From positions 13,394,001-13,458,000 of the forward strand of contig NC_045697.1 in NCBI RefSeq assembly GCF_009834535.1: 64,000 bases of DNA. The letters run 5' to 3'. A program made the translations under genes and the position numbers. A model generated the notes under the pieces. It did no database searches. It saw only the letters and a list, made by a program, of their open reading frames with translations, and was not told where the DNA came from. Shown here in pieces: positions 37,751 through 50,989 of the stretch; within the stretch, counting starts at the first letter, position 1; the number at the start of each line of letters is the position of its first letter. The DNA is from Camelus ferus. Lineage: Eukaryota.

Positions 37751-38173
37751 GCTGCATTCTGCTATTCTGACTTCAATGAAGATGATAACTTTCTTTGGGA
37801 AAGAGATGATCTTTCATACTACACAGTACCTCTGATGCAGAAGAAGTAGCTGTTTCTCTTTGCTTACCTATTGAGAGGCACACTTCATGGCCTTCTGCCG
37901 AGAGGAATGGGACAGAAAGATTTCCAACACTGATGAACTGCTACTGTTTGATTACTGAGCCTTATTAAGTCTACTTAAGAAACTTATTTATGAGAAATAG
38001 AATAATAACGTTCCATGTCAGTGCACCAAATGTTCAAGAAAACTCATAAGCTCATGAAGAGTGAGAATTTATACTTGTGATTCCAAAGAATTCACATCTA
38101 TTTCCTGCCTGCCACCTACAGGCCAGACTTTGGGCCAGGGAGTTAGGATTTCGAGTTATATAAGCATGGTGCC

Positions 38174-38618
38174 TGAATTAATTTCTTAGAGCTGCTGTAA
38201 CAAATCCCCCAAAGTGAAGTGACTTAAAACAACAGAATTTTTTTTCTATCACATTTTGCAGGCCAGGAGTCAGTGATCAACCTGTCAAACACACTCACTC
38301 TGAAGGCTCTAGGAAAAGATGCTTCCTTGTCTCACCCAGCGTCTGGGGGCTCCAGGCATTCCTTGGCTTGTGGTGGCATCTCTCTAATCTCTGCCTTTGT
38401 CTTCCATCTTCTCCCTCTGTGTCTTTTCCTCTTCTGTCTGTCATAAGGACACGTGTCACTGGGTTTAGAGCACACCAGATGATCCAGGATGCTCTCATCT
38501 TTGAGATCCTTAACTTAATTACATCCATAAACATCCTTTTCCCAAATCAAGCCAAACTCACAGGAGCTCAGATTTAGCATGTGGACATAGTTTGAGGGGC
38601 ATGATTCAACCCACTACA
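38174..38618 (-). mobile_element. MaLR LTR (MLT1C-like) nested in an L2
   Basis: TGAATTAATTTCTTAGAGCTGCTGTAACAAAT…ATTCAACCCACTACA, with degenerate TSD GTGCC/GTCTC. Confidence 0.9.
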
Positions 38619-38850
38619 GTCTCTTACCTAGAAGAGCTTCCAGCGTAACATGGGAGATTGACCGGCAAAGGAAGAAGTGGAAAAATTGCATAACTGCTGT
38701 GACTGAGGTCTGTTGAGGGGATAATGCGAACACAAAGGAATGAGACAAAGGAGTGAAACACGTACCATCTGGAGAGATTCAAGAAAAGCTCTTCACAAAG
38801 AAGGTAGGCTGTGAGCTTGGTCTTGAAACACAAGAAGAATGAAAATATGG
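38619..38850 (-). mobile_element. L2 LINE fragment
   Basis: GAAGAGCTTCCAGCGTAACATGGGAGA…TCAAGAAAAGCTCTTCACAAAGAAGGTAGGCTGTGAGCTTGGTCTTGAA. Confidence 0.65.
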
Positions 38851-38874
38851 AAGAATAAAACTAGTTTGGACTTC

Positions 38875-39490
38875 CTAAGCAGAAGTAGTACCCTGTATTC
38901 CATCACCTGCAGATGTATTTTGTTTGGCCCACACAATATTTGCCTACACAATGTTTAGATTAATTGAATGAGTCGCTAGCATTCAAATCCTGGGACACAA
39001 CACTCTGAACATCCTGCTTCTTTGGAAAGAGTGGAGTATCTGGCAATTTTGGCCAATATGAGTGCAGGACAAAAATCATCTGGCACTGAGTAGAAGTACT
39101 ACCTTTGGATGGAGCCTGCAAGTTCCAGTTTTAAAATAACCGCACAACTGCGTCTCGTGTACATTACAGTCAGGTCGAGTGTCAAGTACCACTTGTTGTT
39201 GCTATTGTGCTAGTGCTGTTTTCTGTAGGAGACACTCAGGAGGAAGGACAAATTTAATGTTACCTATGTTTCTATTAAAAGTGGGGAAGTAGATGATAGA
39301 GAGGACTTTGCGATTTAAAAAAATAAGTGAGAAAGCACACTTGCATACGCATGGGAAGAAGTGTGCTTTTTCTTTTTTCCTTTAAAATGTCAAGTGCATC
39401 TAGGTGAAAATAGAAATTTTTATCATCATTGTTCATTTATATTTCCTGTGCATTTTGCTTCTGTGAGCATTTGAGCTTCCAACCCTTGCC
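38875..39490. mobile_element. hAT-Charlie relic (MER102/Charlie8-like)
   Basis: TGTATTTTGTTTGGCCCACACAAT…CTTCTTTGGAAAGAGTGGAGTATCTGGCAA…GCACTGAGTAG…GTCGAGTGTCAAGTACCACTT. Confidence 0.7.
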
Positions 39491-39689
39491 TTTCACATCT
39501 TAGATCAGGTAGGATATGTTGATAAGTAGAGAAGTTTCTAATACAAAAAAATGGAACTACTGTAATCCTCACTGCTTTCTCATTTTTAAGTAGAGAACTC
39601 ATATTTGGAAGAAACTGGATGTCCTGGCTTGGGGCCAGAACACTCACTACGCATTGGCTGTTCCCGTTCCCTCAAAAGCCCGGCCAACT

Positions 39690-39905
39690 AACAGAACTCT
39701 GTCTTCACATGACCTTCTCCTCTGTCTGTGTATTTTCTTCTTCTGTTTATTATGTTTGACATATATCACTGGGTTTCGGGCACACCCAGATCTCCCTGCC
39801 TATGGCCCAAAGCTTCAAAAATATTCCCGCACAGCAGGACAGCTATTGGCAAAACATAAACATACACTGATCTAGACCAAAGAATATCTGGGCTTTTGGG
39901 GGCTG
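39690..39905 (-). mobile_element. MaLR (MLT1) fragment
   Basis: CTCTGTCTTCACATGACCTTCTCCTCTGTCTGTG…TCACTGGGTTTCGGGCACACCCAGA. Confidence 0.6.
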
Positions 39906-40321
39906 TGGATTTGGAGGTGCTCCTCATGCATGTTTTCAGGTAAGAAACATCCAACTAAATGTGATAATTGGCTTATTATTCAACCTACAATTTGTAGAAA
40001 TTGATAAGACCTCCATTTAAGATTTGAGATTAGGATAATAACTAATAGAATTTTTAAATAGGAATGGAGACACTTTTAAATTGCAGACATGTAAGGCTTG
40101 CCAGTTTACAACCCAAAGTCATATTTGGTGACTAATAGTACACAGTCACCTTGCTAACACTGAAAGGAGGCCTGCTAATCCAGTATGAGAGAGTTGTTCT
40201 GGAACAGAGAGCCAAGAGTCATTCTCTGACAATTAATAAAGACAATAAAGATCCCCAAAGAAATTTTAAATCTTAAGGCTCAAGGCTACAACCTAAATAA
40301 TTAAAAGCAAATTCTGGTGAG

Positions 40322-43200
40322 TTCTGGGAAGATGGCAGCAGTGGTGGCAGCATAGGTTTTGGATTTTCCCAAATGCCTATAAAAAACAAAGGAAACAACT
40401 ACATAGTGGAACCTCAAACCTGTGTGTGTGTGTGTGTGTGTGTGTGTAACATGAAGTGACAAGGTATCCCCATAGAAGCCAAAATATAAAAACTTGTTAA
40501 AAAAAAAAAAGACCAAAAAAACCCACCAAGAGTTACAAGACTCTTACGTTATCACTAGAAAACATGGCAGGATCTTTTAGAGCAAAGCTGAATCTGGAAG
40601 GTTTATTCACTCAAGAAATATGTGAGTACAGAAGGTCTGTTAGGGAACTTTAGGAGCTGAAAAAGTCCATTTCTTATGAACTCTAGAAATTGACCAGCTT
40701 GGGAGCCATTACAGGACAGGGTCTCACACTACAGACCCTGCTGTGAGTGGGAGCACAATTGGATGGAATACAATAAAAATAGACAAAAACAAATAGAGCC
40801 AGATATAAGTAGAAGACAGGAACAGAGTCAAGTAATATCAGAAATCAAGGTACCATATTTTCAATTACTTCATTAAAAAAACAGAAAGGAAAAAAATCTA
40901 GCTAAACCCTGTCTCCTAAAAGTTTAGAAAAAAAATAAATTCTCATGAAGATGAGCAACAGAAAGTTATCAAGCCAGGCACTATACAAAGTTATAATAAG
41001 GTAGAAGAAAATAAGGAGCAAAATAATATATCTCTATATCACAAAATCACATCAAATAGATAAAAGAAGATCAAAACCATAACATACAGTATAAAAGAGC
41101 TGTAAAGAATTAAAAAAGATATAAGATATGAAACAATATAAATCATAATTTGAAAAAACTCAGAAATGAGTTAAAGTAGTCAGAAAAGAGTTAGGACTAA
41201 AAGAAAGAGGTACATCAGGAATAAACACAAAACTGAAAGGAAATTAGGAGTTAATAAACACAATAAATAATGCCTCAAGAGAAATAAAGTTTTAAAAGGA
41301 AGAAAATTAAAATTCTTTTCTTTAAGTGAGGAAAGCAACTAAAAGGATGCAATAAAAAGAAAATATTGAAAACAAGCAAATAGGTACAGCTTACAAACAA
41401 AGTAAACCCTGAAGAATAAAGAAACAAAGCAAGAGAACAGAAGAAATATTAAAAGTTATAATGCAAGAAAATTTTCCTAAAGTTAAAAAATAGAGCTACA
41501 GCTACATATAGAAAGAATATACTATGCACAAACTCAGAAAAATTAACACCAATTTTATATTCTTGTAAAATTTCTGGATGTTAGAAAAAGTCCTTTGGGC
41601 AATGAAACAATACTAGCAAATGATGTATGAGGGAAAGATAATTACATTATCATCAGACTTCTTGACAACCCTTGTACCAAAAGAAAATGGCATAAAATAT
41701 TTAAGATATTTAATAAAAGAAAATGTGAATCAAAGAGCTTATATTTAGCAAAACTGAATAAAGAATATAAATAAATAGTGTTTAGCATTTAATAATTCAG
41801 AGAAAGCCTGAGGCTTTCCTAAAGAATCAATTGGAGACCGAGTTTCACACAGCTATAATGAATAGAGAGATATCTAGATCATGGTCAGTGGTAATAATTA
41901 TATATTCAAGTTTTTTTTATAGAATCAAGAATAAATGACAATAACAAGGGAAGCACTAGAGTGTGTAATGACTATGTGACCTGACATTGTGAATACAGAT
42001 AAATTATAAAAAGCAGGACTGAGGATAGCATACGCAAAAAAAATGAACAGTTTTCAGAAATAACAAATAATTATTATTATTTTTTTCATTCTTTATACCC
42101 CTCAGAACCAGGATATTCAATGTGGAAGAAAAGATGTAATTTAGAAGAAGTTAAGTAAAAATACTCTGTTCCTCATTTTGAATTAGAAATAGTAGGAGCT
42201 CAGATCTATTTAGCTGTATATATTTACCTATCTTTTCTGTCTATATGTATACATTTATCTATCTACCTACCAATAATGAGTAACTCAGTAGCAGTGAACA
42301 CCTCTGCACCCAGACTGTTGTCTTGAGATACTATTTCTTATGAAAATAATTTGATGCATCTTGGGAAAATCTGGCTGAATCTGAGTCTGAAGGAAAAAAC
42401 ACCCAGTGAATCTGGAACATCTGGACACACCAGATAGCAAAGACATTATTAAAGACCATAGGGTTGTTTCAGTAGACTCAGAGGCAAGCTTGAAGAGGCC
42501 ACCACTGGCAACAGATGAGAAAAATTGAGCTTCCACAAGTGTATTAACTGCAATGGATTGAAATATATCAAATATATTTAAATCCATGAGTTCATAATGA
42601 TTAAAAAACTAACTAGTTATTTCTCTAAAAATCACAGGGAACCAATTTACTATCTTGCAAGTTGAATAAATGATATGAACAAATCAAGCACTTTACCTTT
42701 TTCCCTGCAGGAAGTATACTACTGAGTAAACAAATAGTAGATAAATAAAATAATTTTCTTATACAATCATTTGTTGTTAAAATTAAAATTAAATTTCAGA
42801 ATTAGAATACTAACATTTTAAGCCCTTATAAATGAAAGAATCCAGACATTGAGTATCACTAGTTGCTAACAACACAAAATAGGAAAACCAAGGAGTTATA
42901 ATGAAAGAACAAAGGTATCTATAATTTTACCATAAAGATAGCACTTTAGTTTGATGACATCCCTAGATCCAGCAGCCAATTTGGAGTACATACAGAGATC
43001 AGGGGAAGAAGTTAAACTACATCATAACTAATTGACAAAATCCTAACTGTGAGAAATTCTAGGTATAAGGTTCTGGGTACCTGAGGGATAAACTGAAAGG
43101 AAAAGAAAGAGGTAGAGGGGGAAACTATATAGCTTTAAAGAGAGAAGACATTATCAAGTTTAAAAATATCTTGATATTAAAAATATCTGGAATATCTTGA
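40322..43200 (+). mobile_element. HAL1-like (ORF1-only) L1 derivative followed by an L1MC4-like 3'UTR
   Basis: 5' GGAAGATGGCAGC start. Decayed ORF1 at about 41000-41830 (IMQENFPKVKK…ILVKFLD…YEGKIITLSSDFL…RKWHKIFKIFNKRKCESKSLYLAKL). No ORF2 motif before the L1MC-type 3'UTR (GCAATGGATTGAAATATATCAAATATATTTAAATCCATGAGTTCATAATGA near 42550). Confidence 0.75.
40421..40447. repeat. (TG)n microsatellite
   Basis: About 13 units. Confidence 0.95.
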
Positions 43201-43379
43201 AGTCACATCCATACTGTTACCAATTATAGTTTGACTTCTTTCCAAGCAATTCAGTAAACACTTAACTTTTTCAAATTAGAAGGTAAATTTCTCCTTGTAA
43301 GACTTATTTATAAAACATAGTAATGAGAATTTTTAGGAAAAAGATGGCCATATCTTGAATTTTAACTTCCTCTGGTCCT

Positions 43380-44110
43380 CTTTCCCATCTCAGTACTTAC
43401 AAATATTCTGTTTCCTTTGCCTGGAATTGTATCTGATAGCTTATCATTCTTCAGATCTGTGCCTAACACATTGACTCCTGAGACATAATGTACTGACCAT
43501 CCTTTTATACTTAAATATTTACTAGCTGAAAAAAGGTGTATTCCTCAGAAAAATAAATTCCTGTTTTGTTCACTTTGGACCATGCTGTATACAGCTGCCC
43601 ATATGAGAAGTGGCTAAAAATCAGGGCTCATAAACGCAATCAGTAGTAACGTGGGTGATCTCATTTGAAACCACCCTGTGTTTCCTTTATCCATGGCATC
43701 TGACTATCTATGAAATGTCTCTCAAAGCTTTCTCATGACACCTTATTTTCAGTAGCTATGGAAAATATTTTTCTTTGATGTCCTCCCTACCCCACATACA
43801 CAGAATCTTGAAAGGCAAATTTTTTCTTATGTTGTATAGCTTCTAATTAAAATCATTCCATCTATATCCATCCTCCAATTTTGTGATAATTTGTTTAGTC
43901 ATCTTTTTTTGCTAAACGGTAACATAGAAAGAATTTTGCATTACTTATACAGATTTACTTGTTTATATGTTTAATGCCTGGTCTCCCCATACTTTAGACA
44001 TTGCAGTTCATGAAAACTTTAACTATATATAGAGAATATATTCTTCTCATCATAAAACCCAGTGCCTAGCGTCATACCCAAGACAAAGAAGGTAGCTCAA
44101 CTGACTAAAC
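43380..44110 (+). mobile_element. L2 fragments
   Basis: CTGTTTCCTTTGCCTGGAAT…CCTGGTCTCCCCATACT…CCCAGTGCCTAGCGTCATACC…GGTAGCTCAA. Confidence 0.55.
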
Positions 44111-45439
44111 AAATGTACTTTGTTACTATCCTTTCTAAGTGCATCATCCAAAGTAAATACATGATTCTAAATCTAATCCAACTCGTACAGTGTACACTCC
44201 ACACATTCCATTAGTATTAACGTAGCCCATGAATTACATAATCTTTTGTTCCTCCTTTCTAAACAGTATGTCACAAAGCTAGCTCACACTTACTCTGCAG
44301 CCAATTCAATCTCACGTCATATAATTTGTATTTACCTATTTCTTCTTCAACCAACTTTACTATTGACATTTTTTAATATGCTGCAATTTGATTGTATTTA
44401 TCTCTGTTAAATTTCCTCTTACATGTTCCAATCCAAGAATCCAACCTGTTGAAACCTCTCTGTACCTTCCAAAACAAACTACTGTTTTTCAGTCTTCTAG
44501 CAACAGCAAATTTGTCTTCATACAATCTATCATTAAAGATGCTCCAGGATGAAGCCCACTACAGAACACTGAAGACCTTAGCGCCTTATTTTTCAGATCA
44601 TATATGGATCTAAAAAATCAACAACATGTAGTTTTCTTCCTCACTATTGGCAAGTCATCCTACATCTTTTTTCTGTGTGGTAATACATGAGCAAACTTCC
44701 TCCTACTGCCAAGAGTAGCTTGATAAAACACTGCTGAATTCTAAGATGAAAATGGAATGAGACTAAGATAGGAAGAAAGAAAGTAAAAGTGAAAGAGATA
44801 GAGAAATATTGACTCAATAATTCATTATGATATAAAAATAATTGATATTATTATTTTTAATAAAGGTATTTTGACTTCCTGTGATCCTGTTATAACATGA
44901 GTTCTCCCAAAACATCCAGTTTGCTTTTTTTTCCCCTAGGAACTTGTGAAAATCATCAATTCTTTCCCTGGTTTACAGTTTCTGAAATGTATATGTATCT
45001 TTTCATTCAAGAAAATATCTGCATAACACCAACTTTAACAATTTTGTCAAATACTGCTTTATGGATTACAATCCTCTTTATAGTAAAAAGATAAATCTAG
45101 TTTGTAATAAATATTTATGAGATGCTGATTTTGTCAAAATACTGGGAAATTGGTCATGATCTATCTATTAAAATATCACTTTAGTAGCTACATTTATTTG
45201 TTTAAAGTATTTTTGGAAATCTACCTATTGCAAGATTTGATAGTGCCTACAATTTCATGTTTATATCTCATTAATTTTACATGTTTCAGACATTAAAAAT
45301 ATATTATTGTATAAACAAAATAGTCAATTTGTGGAAGGTTGATGAGAGAACAGATAGTTCCAAAAATAAAAATGTTGGTGTTTTTCTCTCAAACGCTTAT
45401 GGAAAATGTCCTTCCAAACATCAGAAACTTTTTTCATCA

Positions 45440-45675
45440 ACTCTGGTAGCTCAGACTTTGACCTCTTACTTCAGTTCCACCCATCAACTGTCACTTACTA
45501 GATATGTAAATTTTGGCACATTTCTTTAAACCTTGCTGGGCCTTACCCCTCCTCATCTGTATTAATGAGATAATAATACTTTAAATAATACATTTTTGGA
45601 AGATTAAAGGAAGGTGACAGATTTGAAGCACCTTTTATAGAGCTTAATATTCAGAGATAGCTCAATAAATGTTGT
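45440..45675 (+). mobile_element. MIR SINE
   Basis: CCTCATCTGTATTAATGAGATAATAATAC…GCTCAATAAATGTT. Confidence 0.75.
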
Positions 45676-46559
45676 TTTTCTCTTCATGATGGCTTTCATG
45701 ATGAATGAACAATTCATCTGTTAATTGTAAATAAGCTAGAATATAAAATCACAATATGTATTTTTCTGTGCAAATAGCTGTAATCCTCCTTAAACAATAT
45801 TGGCTCACCCAGTCTTAATTCAACCCAGATTTGACAGAGGCAAAGAAAAATTAGATTAGGTGGGGCCTTATAAATTTCCTAACAGTGGGGGGGCTGTTTT
45901 TAGAGAAAGATTTCTTTCAGCCAAAAAAACCTTTTCTGAAGGAACAATGGGATGTGTGCTAAGACTTGGCCCCAAAGACACCCAGCTTCATTAATTCAAC
46001 CTCTTAACCAAAAGCTCATTAAAATACATTTCTGTTACTTCTTTTCCGCAGAACTCAGAACAGTCTGTAACGACATTTATGGGAAATGAAAAAGAGACCA
46101 AGGTTCAAATGAGAAAAATATAATGAAATATGGGAATGGAAAAGCCTGAACCAACAGTAGTTTATCTGTATTTTATAATAAAGAGGGTTTAATCACTTGA
46201 GATTTTTCTGACCATGAGGACTTCATGAAGTAGCTGAAAGAAACATTTCCATTGAAAGCAAAACATACGGTGGCCATGTTAAAAATGAAAAAAACAGCAA
46301 TTTAACCATTGCTTAAAAAAAAGAAAAAAAAAGAAGAGCATCAGGCTTGATTTCGCCTCGCCATTCTGGATCATGGAATGAGAAAGAAAATTCTTTTAAG
46401 CGTAAGCATGGTTTCCATTTTTTAAGAGAAAAACATCAAGATAAATGCTACATCACAAAATTAAAAGTCCTTTGAGAATTTTCTAAGAAACTACTGTAAT
46501 TCTATACAGCTTTACTCTAAAGAACACTTACAAACTGTTCTCAGTTGGGTGACAATTTA

Positions 46560-46770
46560 GCCTGGCTATGATCAGAATACGTGGGTTTGACATTCAGCTA
46601 TGTGACCTCCTAATGGTGTGAATGTGGACAAATTACTTAATCTCTCTGAGGCTTAATGTTGTTATTTGTAGAAAGGCAATAATAATTGTCATTGTAAAGA
46701 TTAAAAATGATAATATAATATACCTAGCACATTCCTGGCATGTGCCCTGTCAATAATGATAATTATTATA
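46560..46770 (+). mobile_element. MIR SINE
   Basis: GGACAAATTACTTAATCTCTCTGAGGCTT…CCTAGCACATTCCTGGCATG. Confidence 0.75.
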
Positions 46771-46849
46771 TATAAATAGATTATTACATAATAAATTTTA
46801 TAAAATATAAATAAAATGTAATACTAAAATTATTCTTGTTGCTGTTATT

Positions 46850-47095
46850 TGGAGCCAGATAACCTAATTCTAAGTCATCCTGACTCTGAAACTTATTAGC
46901 TGCAGAATCTTAAACAAATGACAATCATTTTGCATCTCAGCTTTTCATCTGTAAAATGGTGGTAATAATAAATCATCAACATCATAATGCCTTCCTCTTA
47001 GATTTGTTATAAGAGTCAAATAAGTTAGGGTATGAAAAATGTTCACACATAAGTGTTTCGCACTTAGTACTGTATAATGGTTAGCCATTATTATT
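46850..47095 (+). mobile_element. MIR SINE
   Basis: TCTCAGCTTTTCATCTGTAAAATGGTGGTAATAATA…GGTTAGCCATTATTATT. Confidence 0.75.
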
Positions 47096-47269
47096 GTGGG
47101 TATTGTATTTTTTTAATGGAATATTACTATTTAAGGTTATCTTCTTTTCCTACCAAATTGAGATGACAGTACAAAGTGAGTGAAAAAGTAGAACAGATAT
47201 TATAATACAAATAAATGAATACTTTTCTATTTTCTCTTACAGAAAGAATTAGTTATCTCTTTTCTGCAT

Positions 47270-47645
47270 CCAGGGCTCTGCTATGACGTCCCTTTCATCT
47301 GGGAGGCTGTATTTTCAACTCTTCTCTTATTCTCTTAGATATCTGAACTCATTTTTCAGGTTTATTTTACCATTTATGCTAGAAAACTTTCCTGAGCCTC
47401 CTCCCAGGGTGTAACCCTCTGTGCTCCTATAGTGCACTGTGTTTTAGACACCACATCACAACACTGAGCTGATAACTGCCTGTTTAATTACCACTCTTTC
47501 TTACAAAATAATAACCGAAGAGGAACCCTCTTTGAAGGGAGGGTACCTATTTTATTCCTTATTAAATATCCTCCATGGCATAACACATTAACTAGATCAC
47601 ATAATGTATTGTCTTGGTATTTATTTGTAAATTAACAAATAGGTG
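47270..47645 (+). mobile_element. L2 3' portion
   Basis: CTCTGTGCTCCTATAGTGCACTGTG…CTCTTTGAAGGGAGGGTACC…GTATTTATTTGTAAATT. Confidence 0.6.
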
Positions 47646-50194
47646 AATCTGAACGGGCCAGTATGTAACACTGCACGGCTTGGGACAAAAGCGCCAATTG
47701 AGGCTTATGTGAATGCACATCTTAATGTATTTTTTACCAAATAGTAACAGAAATATCTATTTTCTTTCTTTAATATATTTAAGGCTATGGTTTTCATAAA
47801 ACTAAAATTCAGTAAAATATTAAAAATCAATGAATTATTCTCAATGTATAGATAGACATTCTATTGGTATTCTAAGGGTATTTGGAAGAATAATAGAAAG
47901 AGCAGTGGAAATATCTATAATATCCTATATTTTTCTTTATTTCAGTAACATCACTAATGATGTTGCTATAATCAAGATCTTTATATAATGTGTATGCTAC
48001 TAAAGATGATTTAACAGATTTAAGAAAAATGAAATTGTATTTAAAAATGTTCAAAATTTGAATGTACAGTCATTAAAAATTAGCTTTAAAAATGGAAAAA
48101 TTAAAATTATTCTGTTTTTAAACAATTTTTCTAAAATATTAAAAATCAATAAAAGGCTAAACACAGATTAATAAATAGCCAATTTTAATTCAATAAATCT
48201 AAAATTTTATTTTAATTATAATACAGTATATTTTATGTTATGTTACACTAATAATATGACTATACAACATAATATTTTTACCATACTATGTATTATATAT
48301 GTGTACATATGTATCTATTATCTCAGATAAAGAATTTGACCAATTTCCCTTTGCTCTTACCTAAGCATTGCACCATCAAGTCCTCCCTGAACTCAAAGGC
48401 ACCATTCATCTCAGGCATTAGAAGCGAGACCGTCACAAACATTTACAGAATTCAGATGCAGCTGCCTTTTGTTTCAACAACATAGCGACAGAGATGTGGA
48501 GAAATACTTCTCGGGGCCTAAACAGGGTCAGTCATGAGAGCAAATGTTTAGAGTTTCTAGGTTGTGCTGTGATGATGCAGAGCACTGGACCCCAAGTCAG
48601 AAGCACCCACGAGTTCTTTAATAAACGTATTCACTTGTTTCTATTTGTGATACATAGGGTCCTCTAAAGAAGGGGGTTCAGGGAAGAGACCCTTCTTGCT
48701 TGGATCTAAGGATGATGTTGAATGCGCCTCACCCAACATGCTGTGAAAAAGTCTTCATCGGTGGCCCGAATGCCCAATCCCACACAAAACACGGACCCGT
48801 GGGAGGTGGAGACTAGGAGTTTTATAATCAAGCAACTAGCACAGTGCTTGGTACAAGCTCTCACTTAAGGCAAATATTTTAACAAATGAATGAATAATTG
48901 AATGGATAGGCTAATGCCTCATGGTAAACTCTTTCTACAGAAACTTATGAAAAGACTAGACTGGGCTAGCATGCTGATGGGATGTTAGAAATTTATTCTT
49001 AGATTCTTGCTCCCCTCCTCCTTGTTTTCCATGCCAATTGTTGTAACTGACTTCACTGACATTCAAGAGTAAGAATTTGATTTTCCTATCTATCTTTACT
49101 CATTATAGACTGGATATGAATTTTTTTCCTCAGTTTCAGCGAGTGTATCATTCACAATTTATTTCTATTCCATAAATGTTAAAACATACATCTTGATCTA
49201 TACATATTATACTGCATGAAAATCTGTGCATTGATCTAGAGGATTTTTTTGTTGTTTTCTCCATGTTTTCTAATCAAACATATACAAGATTACTAGATGG
49301 CTGGCGATTTTAATTTTCTTGAAAACGAAGACTGGGACAATTGCATTAGCTGACAAACAAACCACATTTGAGAATTTTTTTCTGAAGCGTATGTATGTGA
49401 AACACACACACGTAATCCCCTAGGATGAAGAAGCCCCTGTCATGGTATCATGGAAAGCCTCTATGTTCATGTTTGTGCATAATCCACGTCATTAACAGAG
49501 CTTCCCCAAGAAAATTAAGTGAAACCAGACAATCTTTTTTTTCACCTTTTAAGAACAATTTTCCTCTTATAAGATATTCAAAGAGAATAGCTGTCAAAGG
49601 TCTTTTTGCAAGTTCACCCTAATGTATTGTTTCCACATGTGTTAAAACTACAGCTCACTGCTGACTTGGAGACAGGAGGGTATCCAGTTGCCAAAACTTT
49701 CATTGAAAGGCAGTTTTATTCATTTCACTGTGGAGATATTTGAGGAACATTCAACTCAAGGAATTCTAAAAAGTGACTTCATTTAAACTCCACTAATAAA
49801 AACCTAGACGATTCATGCATGCGCCTGTGATGGGATTTTAGCACATACTCTTCTTCATCTTGTAGTAAAATGTATAGGCTTCCACATCTTTTAGTGTGGT
49901 CACAAGCACAGAAAACTAAGCCAGTGTGCGGCACAAACATCCATGACTGTGCTGCCGACTCAAGCGAAAACATTTTACTTCAAAGCTCATCACCCCTGGT
50001 GTTTTTAACTTAATGATCCAAAGGCTGTTACAGATTTTAAATTAAAAAAATAGAATCCAGGTATATACACATTGTGAATAGGCTACTCCCACTTGCTATT
50101 TAAAAGAAAAAAAAAACACATTGGTTTGTATTTATCATCGCCAAAAGCTGTTATGTGTATTCTCAAATTCTCTTTCTCTCAGTTTCTCTTCTTT

Positions 50195-50480
50195 AGCTCA
50201 ACAAATAATCGAGTGCTAAATATGCACTGGGCACTCTTTGATTCGATTTTGGATGGCTGAGTTGGAACAGCACAAAGGACCAGCAGAGCTCCTGATCTAA
50301 GAGCACGTATATTGGAAAGCAGGACAGCTGGGCCAGTGACAAGGTAGCAAATCAATCAGTGGGATAAAGCTAAAGAATGCCAGGCATTAGGGAGGAAATA
50401 AAAAAAGGCAGAGGGGTAGGAATTTCCTTTGGGGAATCCAAGCATGTCAGGTGGGACAGACAGGGAGGGACTCTCTCTGA
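50195..50480 (-). mobile_element. L2 fragment
   Basis: CTCAACAAATAATCGAGTGCTAAATATGCACTGGGCACT…CAGGGAGGGACTCTCTCTGA. Confidence 0.6.
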
Positions 50481-50989
50481 ACTGCCACTGAAAGGGCTGC
50501 ACTACCACAGGTCCAATGCCGATCAAGGTCTTCCTCTGTTAAGTTGATATTTCTCGGACCTGTATCTGACTCCTTCTCGGCGTCAGGCATCTAGTCTTTT
50601 TGCCGTCAAGCCTCCTTTTTCACTCCTCCTGCCAGCATCAGCCACTCTATTGAAATCAATTCCTTCACCTTTTCTAACTGTTCCTGTGGGACTGAAGTTA
50701 TAGCCCCAGCCTCTGGCCCTATCTAGTGGTGCATGTTGTAGGTCTGGGCAATTAGATTTCACAATCTTCTAGTAGTAGCTGGTGGCCCAGAGGTGGACAG
50801 GTGAGCCCAGTGTGGGCAAAGACTGTATATGCTGATGCTGAGAGAGGAATTTCTCTCACTTCTGCAGAATGTGAAACAGTATCACTTGGATTCCAAGACT
50901 CCCCACGTATGGATATCACAGTTTGAGTTAGTATTTGTTTTTAAACTTTATTTCTTAACTTACTTGATATGGGAGTCTGTCACAACCAG

